From an uncultured Acidobacteriota bacterium (lineage in GTDB: Bacteria; Acidobacteriota; UBA6911), in the NCBI GenBank assembly GCA_964586015.1, contig CAZPHK010000001.1, forward strand, positions 25,081-89,080: DNA of 64,000 nucleotides, read 5' to 3'. The notes beneath the pieces are model-generated. The model was not told the DNA's origin. It was given only the letters and a program-made list of their open reading frames with translations, and searched no databases. Below are positions 10,968 to 21,464 of the stretch, one piece after another. Position 1 is the stretch's first letter. Every line of letters starts with the position of its first letter. Both the position numbers and the translations under genes were made by a program.

Positions 10968-11632
10968 AAGTAGACCAAATTCGCAAGGTTCCCCTGTTTT
11001 CTACGCTGACGGACGAAGAATTCTCCTCGTTGCAGCATATTTTTATTCTGCGATCGTATCGTAGGAATCAGGTTATTTTCATGGAAGAAGAGACGGGAAC
11101 TTATATGTACCTGGTCCTTGCCGGGAAGGTTAAAGTGGCCAAGTCGAGTTCCGCGGGCAGAGAGACCATTCTGGCTATTCATAAAGCCGGCGATTTTTTC
11201 GGAGAGATGTCTCTTCTGGACGGCAAGACAGCACCGGCGACCGTTTCCGCGATGGAAGATTCAAAAATCATTTCAGTAAGCGGCAGCGACTTTCACAAGT
11301 ACCTTATGCATAACGAGAAAGTTCTGTTGCAGATCATCGACGTGTTGTGCGCACGCCTCCGTCAGGTATGGCAGACGCAGAGCTTGAGTTCCAGCAAGGC
11401 CGATGCCAGAATTCGCATGGGTATTTACGAGCTGGCGAAAAGGCACGGGGTACAGGACGCGCACGGAACCATCATTGATCTTAAAATAACGCACCAGGAA
11501 CTTGCTGAGATGGTAGGCACCTCAAGGGAAACGGTCACGCGCGTGATAGCCCGTCTCCGCGAAGAAGGCATTATTGAAGTGGACCAGCGGCGTATGACGC
11601 TGCTGGATCCCAAGGCGCTGGTAAAGGAATAA
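10964..11632 (+). CDS. Crp/Fnr-family transcriptional regulator (cNMP-binding domain plus C-terminal HTH)
   Basis: 222 aa. cNMP-binding-like GDFFGEMSLLDG motif and a C-terminal HTH ITHQELAEMVGTSRETVTRVIARL. Confidence 0.8.
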   Translation: MKVDQIRKVPLFSTLTDEEFSSLQHIFILRSYRRNQVIFMEEETGTYMYLVLAGKVKVAKSSSAGRETILAIHKAGDFFGEMSLLDGKTAPATVSAMEDSKIISVSGSDFHKYLMHNEKVLLQIIDVLCARLRQVWQTQSLSSSKADARIRMGIYELAKRHGVQDAHGTIIDLKITHQELAEMVGTSRETVTRVIARLREEGIIEVDQRRMTLLDPKALVKE

Positions 11633-11713
11633 GCCGGCAGGCACGTCCGGGCATTGACGCACGGGCGGTCTGCGTGCACTTCAACTTTGCCGGTCCGGAG
11701 GAATCCGGTTCTT

Positions 11714-13483
11714 TTACCGTCTGCTCCCGTCGACCACCACGGCTTCCCGCCACTTGCGGACGGAATTTATCAGGTATATTTTCCCGTATCCCTTCATTTC
11801 GGAAACAGGAAGCGTCCGTTCCCGAATCTTTCCCTGTTCCAGCAGCCGGATTCGGAAAGTGCCCCCAAGAAGCCCCGCGGATACCGGGGGCGTATACAGT
11901 GCTCCATCTATTTCCGCTACGATATTCGCAACGGTCGACTCCGTTAATTCCCCGCTTTCGTTCCACAACAGGACATCGTCGTATTCGGGAAAATCCCGGA
12001 GAGCCGATTCATAGGTATGCCTGAACGTGGTCTTATGAAACAGAAAGATATCGTTGGCGTTCACAGGCTTCTCTGCCAACTTTACCTTCGGCATCCTATT
12101 TGTTTTTCCGGGCCCTAAAGGGGAATGCTGGATTTCAATGGAACCGCGTCGGTCGACCGTCAGACGAACTTTCTGATCTCCTCCCGAAAAAACGGAAGCC
12201 TTCGCATGGAGGGCGCAAATAATTTGCCCGATATCGGCAGGATAATCGAAGTAGGAAGCTGAATCCGCCAGCCTTTTCATATGATATTCCAATAAAAAAT
12301 ATCCTTCATCCGGAGTCCACAACAAGGTTTCAAGCAGAGAGAAATCGGGCCGCTGCAGTGTAAGAACGCGGGCTTTCAGTATCGCTTCGGTGTATTCATC
12401 GTTATGGGCCGAATCCCATACGATGCCTCCACCGGTGCCGTATTCCGCCGTTCCGCTCCGTCGATTGACGACAGCCGTCCTGATGGCTACATTAAACTGA
12501 GCGTTGGGCTCCGGCCCGATAAAACCGATACAGCCTGTATAGATGTTCCGGCCCGACTGTTCCAGATCTGCGATTATGCGCGTGGTCCGGATTTTCGGAG
12601 CACCGGTTATCGAAGCGCAGGGAAAAAGCGCGGCCAGGATGTCGGCCAGCGATTTGGAGGATTCCGCCCGTATGGTTGAAGTCATCTGCCAAAGTGTCGG
12701 GTGGCGTTCCACCTCAAAAAGCCTTTCCACTTCCACGCTTCCCGCAACGGCGACACGCCCCAGATCGTTACGAATCATGTCCACGATCATCAGGTTTTCC
12801 GCACGGTTCTTTTCGGATTGATGCAGCCATCGGGCCAGGGATTCATCCTCTTCAAGCGTACGCCCGCGCCGAACCGTCCCTTTCATGGGCTTGCAAACCA
12901 GTCGGCTTCCCTGGAGATCGAAAAACAGTTCCGGAGAAGCGGAACATATTGCATATTGTCCGGTATCCACATAGGCGGCGTATCCCGGACTCTGTGCACG
13001 CACCATTGCAAGAAAAAGATGCCGGGGATCGCCTGAAAACGGGACGCGCAGCAGGAATGTATAGTTAACCTGGTAGGTGTCTCCGGAATGAATATGTTCC
13101 TTGATTCTGGATATCGCGGCGAAATATCCGGACTTGTTGATGGATGGGATCCAATCGCCCATGGAATATGCACTGAAATCCGGTTTTTGAATCCGGATTC
13201 TCTCCGGAGGCGGATACAGTCCGAACCAGAGAAGGGGAAAATCCGCGGTATTGTTCGTACGCATTGCAGAATCAAACGCCGTGGACGCTTCGTAGCTGAT
13301 GAAACCGGCGGCATAGAGACCCCGATCCCTTACCCGCGCTTCGATATCCCGCAGAGCCGTTCGTACCTCTTCAATTTTCCTTACCTCTATTACCTGAAAT
13401 GGATGTTTAAAATGAAGCCATTGGGAAGCGGAATTAAGATGGAGGATAACCTGATCCCGTGTAGATTCGGTTGTCATATCCAC
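11714..13483 (-). CDS. pabB: bifunctional aminodeoxychorismate synthase component I / aminodeoxychorismate lyase (PabB-PabC fusion)
   Basis: 589 aa. Chorismate-binding core (SPELFF, PMKGT..RG, IVDMIRNDLG, ITGAPK, GGGIV.DS) followed by a class IV aminotransferase-like C-terminus (VLLWNESGELTESTVANIVAEIDGALYTPP...GLLGGT.R). Confidence 0.7.
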   Translation of the reverse strand: MDMTTESTRDQVILHLNSASQWLHFKHPFQVIEVRKIEEVRTALRDIEARVRDRGLYAAGFISYEASTAFDSAMRTNNTADFPLLWFGLYPPPERIRIQKPDFSAYSMGDWIPSINKSGYFAAISRIKEHIHSGDTYQVNYTFLLRVPFSGDPRHLFLAMVRAQSPGYAAYVDTGQYAICSASPELFFDLQGSRLVCKPMKGTVRRGRTLEEDESLARWLHQSEKNRAENLMIVDMIRNDLGRVAVAGSVEVERLFEVERHPTLWQMTSTIRAESSKSLADILAALFPCASITGAPKIRTTRIIADLEQSGRNIYTGCIGFIGPEPNAQFNVAIRTAVVNRRSGTAEYGTGGGIVWDSAHNDEYTEAILKARVLTLQRPDFSLLETLLWTPDEGYFLLEYHMKRLADSASYFDYPADIGQIICALHAKASVFSGGDQKVRLTVDRRGSIEIQHSPLGPGKTNRMPKVKLAEKPVNANDIFLFHKTTFRHTYESALRDFPEYDDVLLWNESGELTESTVANIVAEIDGALYTPPVSAGLLGGTFRIRLLEQGKIRERTLPVSEMKGYGKIYLINSVRKWREAVVVDGSRR

Positions 13484-13537
13484 GATTGGTTTTCCTTATC
13501 CGCTGATGAAGACCGGGGAAGGAGGAACGACACATAA

Positions 13538-14509
13538 CTAACGCAGGGATGCGTCGTTGAACAGGGAGTCGACAAAGACTTCCGGAGAAAACTCCAGAAG
13601 ATCCTCCAGCGATTCTCCCACGCCTATATATCGGACCGGTATGCCGAGTTCCTGGCTGATGCCGAATACAATCCCTCCTTTGGCCGTCCCGTCCAGTTTC
13701 GTGATGATGAGTCCGGTTATACCCGTAAATTTCATAAATTCCCGCGCCTGCGATAACCCGTTCTGCCCCGTAGTGGCGTCGATAACCAGCAGGACTTCAT
13801 GGGGAGCGCCCGGGATCTTTTTTCCTGCTACACGACGCATTTTTTCCAGTTCCTGCATCAGGTTCTCCTTGGTATGAAGTCTGCCTGCCGTATCAATAAT
13901 CACAAGGTCGTTTTTTCTTGCCGTCGCCGCATCGAGAGCGTCATGCAGCACCGCCGAAGGATCCATGCCGGTTTTGCTTTTGACCAGATCCGCTCCGGAG
14001 CGTTCGGCCCATACGCTCAATTGCTCAATTGCCGCCGGACGGAAAGTATCCGCTGCGCATACAAGAACATTTTTTCCGGCTTGCAACATTTTTGCAGCCA
14101 GCTTTCCAATTGTGGTCGTCTTTCCCGTCCCGTTCACTCCGACAATCATCCATACCTGAATATCAATTCCGCTGCCGGAAGGCTCCGGTTCCTGTCCTGC
14201 ATTCAGAATTGAATACAGCTGGCTTCTGATCTCCTCTCTCGCATCTTCCGCCGTCGTCAGGAGCTGCTTCTTTTGCTTTTCCCTGACGGCACGCATTATT
14301 TTTTCCGTAACCCGTACTCCAAGGTCCGCCGAAAGCAACGTACCCTCCAGATCGTCGAGCACTTCTTCGTCAATCGACGGCCGCGAAGAAAGGACCGATT
14401 CAATTTTCCCAACGAGATTATCCTTGGTAGCCCCGAGAGCCTTTTTCATTTTTGCGAAAAGGCCGGACTTTTTTCCGCTCTGTTCTTCGGAGGACCTTTT
14501 AAAAATCAT
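13538..14509 (-). CDS. ftsY: signal recognition particle receptor FtsY
   Basis: 323 aa. SRP-GTPase motifs GVNGTGKTTTIGKLA, DTAGR, TKLDGTAKGG. Confidence 0.9.
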   Translation of the reverse strand: MIFKRSSEEQSGKKSGLFAKMKKALGATKDNLVGKIESVLSSRPSIDEEVLDDLEGTLLSADLGVRVTEKIMRAVREKQKKQLLTTAEDAREEIRSQLYSILNAGQEPEPSGSGIDIQVWMIVGVNGTGKTTTIGKLAAKMLQAGKNVLVCAADTFRPAAIEQLSVWAERSGADLVKSKTGMDPSAVLHDALDAATARKNDLVIIDTAGRLHTKENLMQELEKMRRVAGKKIPGAPHEVLLVIDATTGQNGLSQAREFMKFTGITGLIITKLDGTAKGGIVFGISQELGIPVRYIGVGESLEDLLEFSPEVFVDSLFNDASLR

Positions 14510-14668
14510 GAATCACCTTTGATAATAAATGCACGATTTCAGTTCGCAGGACTATGAAAGGATCCATCTTTTTCGGAACGGTCAAGGCGGGCAACGTTTC
14601 CGGCCCCCTGCCTCCCTTGATCGACTGAACTGATGGTACAATCCGGAACAGTCTCTCAAACGGCGGCA

Positions 14669-15652
14669 TCAAGCGGGAGAACGTCTAATATGCACATCGC
14701 CGGCAACAACGGTTTCCCTGGATCCATCCTCGTTTTCAACCATCAGGGCGCCGATCTCGTTGAGACCGCATGTCACGGCTGATCGGCGGCTACGACCTTC
14801 CTCAATCCAAATATGTGCATTGTCCCACATCGTTGAATGACGCTTCCAGCTTTCCAGAATTTCTCCATGTTTGCCGCTTTCAAAGGTAACGTAAACAATT
14901 TGAAAATGCTTCAGGAAACCCACCAGCACCCTTCGCCGGGGTACAACGGTCCGGGCCGGCTCATCGATGCAGACGGCCGTATCGGACAGTTCAGCGGGAA
15001 CGCAGCCCCGATGCACATTGATCCCGACTCCGACAACAACCGCCGGATTGTCTTCTTCGGTTAATGTCTCCAGCAAAATTCCCGCACATTTTTTCCCGGA
15101 AATCAGCACGTCATTCGGCCATTTGATATCGACATCAAGAGGATATTTAATAACTTTTGTATCGAAGAGATCCTGCAAGCTCCGTACCAGAGCGATGGAA
15201 GCGACATGCGTCAGAAGAGGCCAGAACCGGCTCTCCTGCCGCGGCCGGACGATTAACGAAAAATACAGTCCTTTTTTCGCGGGAGAGTGCCAGACCCGGT
15301 CTCCCCGCCCTCTTCCCATGGTCTGTTCCTCAGCGCATATCAGAGTGCCGCTCGGCGCGCCCATGCGCGCCTGCAGGAGCGCCTCTTTGTTTGTGGAATC
15401 CACACTTAAAAATCCGTTTACTCTCAGCCCGTCCCACGCAAGATCCGGCGTTTCCCGTTGTATCCAATACGGAACAATCTGCTCGTCGTCGAAACGGAGA
15501 AAAATCCTGTCGCCGTCCTGTCCAACAAGGAATCCCCACTGGCGGCAAATCTCCAGTTCCTGCATAATAACCGGAGATCCTCCCACGAGAAGTCCTGCCG
15601 TTCCCACATGAGACAGATCCGTGAGGATATCTGGAATTCGTTTGTTGGACAT
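14669..15652 (-). CDS. birA: biotin--[acetyl-CoA-carboxylase] ligase
   Basis: 327 aa. BirA signature GRGRGDRVWHSPAKKGLYFSL and KWPNDVL motif. Confidence 0.75.
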   Translation of the reverse strand: MSNKRIPDILTDLSHVGTAGLLVGGSPVIMQELEICRQWGFLVGQDGDRIFLRFDDEQIVPYWIQRETPDLAWDGLRVNGFLSVDSTNKEALLQARMGAPSGTLICAEEQTMGRGRGDRVWHSPAKKGLYFSLIVRPRQESRFWPLLTHVASIALVRSLQDLFDTKVIKYPLDVDIKWPNDVLISGKKCAGILLETLTEEDNPAVVVGVGINVHRGCVPAELSDTAVCIDEPARTVVPRRRVLVGFLKHFQIVYVTFESGKHGEILESWKRHSTMWDNAHIWIEEGRSRRSAVTCGLNEIGALMVENEDGSRETVVAGDVHIRRSPA

Positions 15653-15654
15653 GA

Positions 15655-18327
15655 TTATTGAACGGGTAAATGTTTTAAATTTGATTGAATCTTACGGTAT
15701 CTTTCTTCCAGCTCCTTGTACCTTGTTTTGTTCTCCGAAATTATTTTTTCCGGTGCCCGGTCCAGGAATTCGCCGCTGTTCAATTTTTTTTCTATTTTCT
15801 CCATCTGTTCTCTGATCCGGGTGTTTTCTTTCTGAAGTCTTTCCCGTTCGGCCGAAACATCAATCGCGCCCTGAATGTCCAGACCGAATTCCCCAAGTCT
15901 CCACACGCCGCGAAGCCTCTCCGGCGGCAAGGAGTCTGAAAATTGAATCGACTTGATTTTCGCCAGAGAAAGAACCTTTTCGAGATTTTGTTCCACCAGT
16001 TCCCTGTCCGCGTCGGACGGAATACGGAGCGTCGCGTCCAACTGTTTCTTGGGATCAATGTTCATCTCCGCGCGTAAAGAGCGGATCTCGCCGATCAAAT
16101 CCATTAGATCCTGCATCTTTAGTGCCGCTTCCTCATTTTCCCTCGACTCCCTGGAGGCGGGAAACGCCTGAATCATTATGGAATCGCCCTCATGGGGAAT
16201 TTTCTGCCAGATTTCTTCTGTAATGAACGGCATGAAAGGATGGAGAATCCGCAGGGCGTAATCGACAACGTGTATCAGTATCTTGGAACGGAGCGCCCTC
16301 TCGTCGGCGTGTGCAGAAGTGTCGGTAAGAACCGGCTTCACCAGCTCGATATACCAGTCGCACAACTCGTGCCAGATAAACTGATATATCAGGGCGGAAG
16401 CTTCATGGAAACGATACTTGTCAAGAGATTCGGAAACTTCGGAAGAGATGCGGTTCAATCTATGTAGAATCCAGTGATCTTCAATAGGCAGCCTTTCCCG
16501 GCTGTCCTGAATAAGCCGGTCGATTTCACCGGGGTCGACAAAGGAATCCTCTTCCGAAAGATTCATGAGTACGAAGCGCGCAGCGTTCCAAACTTTGTTG
16601 GCAAAGGCGCTGTAGCCTTTCATCCGATCGGTCGAAAAAGGGATATCGGTTCCCGGAACGGCCATCGATGAAAGCGTAAAGCGAACGGCATCTGCTCCGT
16701 ACTGATCGATGAGCTCCAGCGGTTCTATGATATTCCCTTTCGTTTTACTCATCTTCTTCCGGTTGGCATCCCGTACAATGCCGTTTATGTGCACCTCGCG
16801 GAAAGGAATATCGCTCGTGAACTTGAGCCCCATCATAATCATGCGGGCTACCCAGAAGAAGATGATGTCCGGCCCGGTAATCAATGTATCGGTCGGATAA
16901 TATACCTTAAGATCCTCCGTTTCATCGGGCCATCCCATTGTAGTAAAAGGCCAGAGAGCGGAACTGAACCATGTGTCCAGGATATCGCTCTCTTCGCGGA
17001 GCGGCCCCGAACATTTATCGCATTCCGCCGGCGTAAAACGGGATACGACGATATGCCCGCAGGCATCGCAATGCCACGCCGGTATGCGGTGTCCCCACCA
17101 AAGCTGACGCGAGATGCACCAGTCGTGAATATTGTACATCCACTCAAAATATCGCTTTTTAAATGTGTCCGGAATAAAGCGTATCTTACCGCTTTCGACC
17201 GCTTCAATAGCCGGTTTTGCGAGAGAATCCACCTTCAGATACCACTGCAGGGATATTTTGGGCTCCACAATAGTGGAGCAGCGATCACACTGTCCGACAT
17301 TGTGCACGTAATCCTCTGTCTTCAGAAGAATGTCTTCCGCAGCAAGTTGAGCGAGAAGCTTCTTTCTGCATGCATAACGATCCGTTCCTGCATATTGCCC
17401 TGCCGCTTCCGTCATGTTGCCGCTGTCGTCAATTACCGTTATTTTATCGAGCCCATGACGCTTCCCTGCCTCATAATCATTGGGATCGTGCGCCGGTGTA
17501 ACCTTGACGACTCCTGTGCCGAATTCACGGTCTACAAAAGAATCCGCTATTACGGGGATTTCCCTGTTCATGACAGGGAGGAGCACCTTCCCGCCTACCA
17601 GATGTCGATATCGTTCGTCTTCCGGATGCACCGCGACCGCCGTGTCTCCGAGCATGGTTTCAGGCCGTGTGGTGGCGACGCTGACGTATTCATTACTGCC
17701 CACCACGGGATATTTCAGATGCCACAATTTCCCCTTGTTGGATTCGTAGACAACTTCCAAATCTGAAATCGCCGTTTTGCAGCGGGGACACCAGTTGACA
17801 ATATACTCGCCCCGATAGATCAATCCCTCCTCGTACAGCCGGACAAACACTTCAACAACCGCACGTGAAAGCTGTTCATCCATCGTAAAACGTTCGCGGC
17901 TCCAGTCGCAGGACACTCCCATGCGGCGCATCTGGTTAAGAATCGTTCCTCCACTGGTCTTCTTCCATTCCCATGCGAGTTTTAAAAATTCTTCCCGGCC
18001 CAGATCGAAACGATTTAAATTTTTTTCGCTCAATTGTTTGTCGAGAACGTAATGCACCGCGATACTGGCGTGATCGGTTCCGGGCAGCCAGAGGGTGTTG
18101 TATCCGCTCATCCTTTTCCAGCGCACAAGTATATCGTGCAGCGTATGCTGCAGCGCATGCCCCATGTGTAGAGACCCGGTTACATTGGGAGGCGGTATGA
18201 CAATCGAAAAACGGGGATCCTTGGATGTATTGTCGGCAAAAAAATAATTCTTTTCTTCCCAGAAGGGATACCACTTTTTCTCGACCTCTTTCGGATTATA
18301 GGATCTGGCAAGGGGCTCGCAGGACAT
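15655..18327 (-). CDS. valS: valine--tRNA ligase
   Basis: 890 aa. Class I HIGH region [23 protein letters not shown], and a C-terminal coiled-coil tail. Abuts birA with a 2-bp gap. Confidence 0.95.
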   Translation of the reverse strand: MSCEPLARSYNPKEVEKKWYPFWEEKNYFFADNTSKDPRFSIVIPPPNVTGSLHMGHALQHTLHDILVRWKRMSGYNTLWLPGTDHASIAVHYVLDKQLSEKNLNRFDLGREEFLKLAWEWKKTSGGTILNQMRRMGVSCDWSRERFTMDEQLSRAVVEVFVRLYEEGLIYRGEYIVNWCPRCKTAISDLEVVYESNKGKLWHLKYPVVGSNEYVSVATTRPETMLGDTAVAVHPEDERYRHLVGGKVLLPVMNREIPVIADSFVDREFGTGVVKVTPAHDPNDYEAGKRHGLDKITVIDDSGNMTEAAGQYAGTDRYACRKKLLAQLAAEDILLKTEDYVHNVGQCDRCSTIVEPKISLQWYLKVDSLAKPAIEAVESGKIRFIPDTFKKRYFEWMYNIHDWCISRQLWWGHRIPAWHCDACGHIVVSRFTPAECDKCSGPLREESDILDTWFSSALWPFTTMGWPDETEDLKVYYPTDTLITGPDIIFFWVARMIMMGLKFTSDIPFREVHINGIVRDANRKKMSKTKGNIIEPLELIDQYGADAVRFTLSSMAVPGTDIPFSTDRMKGYSAFANKVWNAARFVLMNLSEEDSFVDPGEIDRLIQDSRERLPIEDHWILHRLNRISSEVSESLDKYRFHEASALIYQFIWHELCDWYIELVKPVLTDTSAHADERALRSKILIHVVDYALRILHPFMPFITEEIWQKIPHEGDSIMIQAFPASRESRENEEAALKMQDLMDLIGEIRSLRAEMNIDPKKQLDATLRIPSDADRELVEQNLEKVLSLAKIKSIQFSDSLPPERLRGVWRLGEFGLDIQGAIDVSAERERLQKENTRIREQMEKIEKKLNSGEFLDRAPEKIISENKTRYKELEERYRKIQSNLKHLPVQ

Positions 18328-18605
18328 TTAAAACCTCTGTTTCATGTTACGGAACCGTTAACCCGCGTTTCTTCGCGTTACGGGCGGCAACGGCGACAGG
18401 TGCTGGCTGTATCGGATAAAAGGTTGAATTTTATTCTAATTACAGGAGCCCGTCCAGTATACATTTCCGGTCTGAACGCATTGCAGCCCGGTTTTTCTGC
18501 AAGTTTTACGGCAGAACGCTTCGGGGCTCTTGGTATATGAAAGAGGCAGGGAGGATCTCCCCTCTTGCGGGAATGGGGCGGGACGTAAATGTATCCGGAC
18601 TCCCG

Positions 18606-19403
18606 TCAGCCTTGCTTCGTATTTTCTTCGATCGTCCGCTTAATTAAAATTTCGGAGAGTTCCGGAACCACTTCCCATGCTATTTCGCTGACAATGTCCG
18701 CCGACATTCTTTCCACTACTTTTTCTACAATCTTATCCAGAACTTCATCGGACAGCTGATCCGCCGAAATAGACCGGGGGGGCGAGGAAGAGTCGACTGC
18801 CGCCTCTGCGCCTCTGAACGGTACGGATTTTGATTCCAGTTTGCGCTCCGCGGCTTTCACTGCGCCTGCGTCAAAAACATCAAGGACGCGATCCGTTCCA
18901 AGAAAGGAATCCCACGCCTGTCTGGTTACGGGAATTTTTGCATTCAACACTTTTTCATTCAGCACGGCGGCATTGAAGCCATCCGGAACTGCGGAGTTAA
19001 AGCTTGCTTCGGATTCTTTCTCCGGCGACATGGTGTCCCTCCCTACTTTTTTCTGGACGACATCGATGAGTTCGGATGTATCGAAAGGCTTCGTCAGACA
19101 GGCGGCACACCCTGCGCGAGATGCTTCCGCCTCATCGAATGGTTCAAATGTTCCCACTAAAAGCACAACCGGAATCGCAGCCAATTCCGGAATATTTTTC
19201 ACCCGGGCACATATTTCATACCCATTGATGCCCGGCAGGCAGACGTCGGCCAGTACGATATCGGGACGGAATTTACGGATGCCCTCCATTGCGGCATCTC
19301 CGCTGGTGGCGAATTCGACAACGGCGTCCGAACCGTCGAAGGCCAGGCTGATCACTTTATGGATTGTTTCACTGTCATCGGCTACGAACAGTTTCAGAGT
19401 CAT
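18606..19403 (-). CDS. response regulator (CheY-like receiver domain) with uncharacterised C-terminal domain
   Basis: 265 aa. N-terminal receiver: DD pair (VADDSETIH), phospho-acceptor Asp in IVLADVCLPGING, and the conserved Lys in LTKPF. Confidence 0.65.
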   Translation of the reverse strand: MTLKLFVADDSETIHKVISLAFDGSDAVVEFATSGDAAMEGIRKFRPDIVLADVCLPGINGYEICARVKNIPELAAIPVVLLVGTFEPFDEAEASRAGCAACLTKPFDTSELIDVVQKKVGRDTMSPEKESEASFNSAVPDGFNAAVLNEKVLNAKIPVTRQAWDSFLGTDRVLDVFDAGAVKAAERKLESKSVPFRGAEAAVDSSSPPRSISADQLSDEVLDKIVEKVVERMSADIVSEIAWEVVPELSEILIKRTIEENTKQG

Positions 19404-19466
19404 ATTGAACCTACTGTATTCCGTTCCAATATAGTTTTCGACGTTATGGGAAGGATCCTTTAGATT

Positions 19467-20519
19467 CTACTTTTTTTCCGGCTGATTTTCCTCCGAAACG
19501 GGCTTTCGGATTTGATCTTCGATATCGATGCCTTCAGGTTTTTCACCCGCAGCCTTTGCTTGGGCTTCCTTGGCAGCCTTCGCTTTTTCAGCCGCTACAG
19601 CCTCCTTGGCTTCCTCATATCGGTCGGGAGGGCCTACGAAACCCAGTGCTTTTCCGAAGTCCAGGAGCGGTTTCACGGGAGAGAAACCCTCCGGTTTCCT
19701 CATATTAGTCTCGTTCATCTCTGCCCGTTCCGTATTTACGTCAGGAATCGGTTTCCCCAAATCAGCAAGCTGCTGTTTGGCCTGGTCCGCTAATTCTGTA
19801 AAAGGATACTCGGCAACCAGTTTATCCAGATATATTTCTGCTTCATCCGGATTATTGCTTTTTAAAAGAGAATCCGCCGTTTTGAGAAGGACTTCCGGAG
19901 TATTGTAATAGTCGGGGTATTTGTCCAGGGCGAACAGGTAGCGCCCTACAGCGGCTCCCTGATTCCCGCGCTTGGCGTAGAAATCTCCTATCCCCTCTTC
20001 TTTTTTGGCCAAGGCATCCTGAATGATAAGCAGATCCTGTCTTACGATCGGAGCATAATCGTCGTCGGGAAACATTTCCAGGAATTTATTTCCCTCCTGT
20101 AAGGCCCGCAGCGTATATTGTTGGTCCCGGTCGATCGGCCCCATCATTTTCATGTTGGCGGCGATAATTTTCATCTGGGCGTCCGGTGCTTTGGGGTCCG
20201 CCGGGAAAAAAATTATAAAATCCTTGTACTGCTGTTCTGCCTGCAGCCAGTTCTGAGTACCGCCTTCTTCGTAATAGGAATCGCCTATGGCGTAATAGGC
20301 ATCGGCCGTCATGTCGCTGTCGGGATAGGTATTAATCATGGTCTGCAGCGCCAGACGGGACCGAAGGTACTGCCCCTTTTCCAGAAAGTGCGTCCCGGTC
20401 TCAAACAGCGTCTGATCGGGAGGCACAACGCTTTTCTGAAGGCTGGCGCTTTTTTGAGCACACCCCCAGGACAAAAACAGGAGGGCACACAAAAAGCATG
20501 AAGGTACCGTAAATTTCAT
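19467..20519 (-). CDS. TPR-repeat lipoprotein, BamD/YfiO-like
   Basis: Likely start at MKFTVPSCFLCALLFLSWGC (lipobox LSWGC), which is the internal Met of the 366-aa track ORF. Several TPR-like repeats follow, then a C-terminal Ala/Lys/Glu-rich tail. Confidence 0.5.
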   Translation of the reverse strand: MKFTVPSCFLCALLFLSWGCAQKSASLQKSVVPPDQTLFETGTHFLEKGQYLRSRLALQTMINTYPDSDMTADAYYAIGDSYYEEGGTQNWLQAEQQYKDFIIFFPADPKAPDAQMKIIAANMKMMGPIDRDQQYTLRALQEGNKFLEMFPDDDYAPIVRQDLLIIQDALAKKEEGIGDFYAKRGNQGAAVGRYLFALDKYPDYYNTPEVLLKTADSLLKSNNPDEAEIYLDKLVAEYPFTELADQAKQQLADLGKPIPDVNTERAEMNETNMRKPEGFSPVKPLLDFGKALGFVGPPDRYEEAKEAVAAEKAKAAKEAQAKAAGEKPEGIDIEDQIRKPVSEENQPEKK

Positions 20520-20581
20520 CGCCTGATTTCCTCTATCTTCATTTACCTCAGTGTCTTGATAGTACACTTAAAAAAATAATC

Positions 20582-21271
20582 CTATACGATCTCCGGAATT
20601 TTTACGTATTGTCCCGCGATCCTTTTCATCTCCAGAACCGCTTCTCCCGCATCCTCACTGCCGAAAATCGCGGATCCCGCCACTATAATATCCGCACCGG
20701 CGTCGAGAACTTTGGACAGGTTGCCTGAATCGATGCCGCCGTCTGCCTCGATCCTTCCCCTATAGGCATCCGACTTGGACAATCTTTTCAGTTTCCTTAT
20801 CTTCTCCATGGTTGTGGGGATGAATTTCTGCCCGCCGAATCCCGGATTTACGGTCATAATCAGCACATAATCGAGCAGGTGCAATACTTCGTCCAGCGAA
20901 CTCACCGGAGTGGCCGGATTCAGCGCGACTCCTGCGCGCACTCCCTTTTCTTTAAGGAAGTTCAACGTCCGGTCCAGATGTCTGTCCGCTTCTACGTGGA
21001 CCGAAATCCAGTCGGCTCCGGCACGGATAAAGTCTTCAATGAAATTTTCCGGGCGCTCAATCATCAAATGCACGTCCAGAACCATACGCGTACTCTTACG
21101 AATCGACGCCACTACCGGCGGACCGATTGTAATATTTGGCACGAAATGGCCGTCCATTACATCAAGATGAAGAATATCCGCTCCGGCACTTTCGACCTTG
21201 TTGATTTCCTCAGCCAGCCGGGAAAAATCGGCCGCTAATATTGACGGTGCGATTTCGATTTTTGTTCCCAA
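20582..21271 (-). CDS. rpe: ribulose-phosphate 3-epimerase
   Basis: 229 aa. PSILAADF, HLDVMDGHFVPN and VMTVNPGFGGQ motifs. Confidence 0.9.
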   Translation of the reverse strand: MGTKIEIAPSILAADFSRLAEEINKVESAGADILHLDVMDGHFVPNITIGPPVVASIRKSTRMVLDVHLMIERPENFIEDFIRAGADWISVHVEADRHLDRTLNFLKEKGVRAGVALNPATPVSSLDEVLHLLDYVLIMTVNPGFGGQKFIPTTMEKIRKLKRLSKSDAYRGRIEADGGIDSGNLSKVLDAGADIIVAGSAIFGSEDAGEAVLEMKRIAGQYVKIPEIV

Positions 21272-21464
21272 TTTTTTGCCCTACCTTCCGGAAAATTATT
21301 CGCTGAAGGGTATCACAGCGGCCAGGCCGATTCAAGAAGTCCACCTTCTAAAGTTATGAACGAAAACAACTTGTATTATTCCCATGTATAAGGATCGGTC
21401 CGGATCCCCTTACCGGTTCCCCGCTGGATGGAAACTCCAAAATGCGTACCGGTACCGGTAAAAT

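Noticed and set aside
16789-17766. 325-aa plus-strand ORF inside valS (and similar antisense ORFs inside rsmB 21510..22679, dnaK 39784..40802, pabBC 12676..13068, FtsY 13799..14212)
   Set aside because: Shadow ORFs antisense to genes with unmistakable conserved motifs. Their translations are low complexity.
20520-20567. N-terminal extension (MYYQDTEVNEDRGNQA) of the BamD-like lipoprotein ORF
   Set aside because: A signal peptide plus lipobox begins at the internal Met MKFTV, so the upstream extension is unlikely to be translated.
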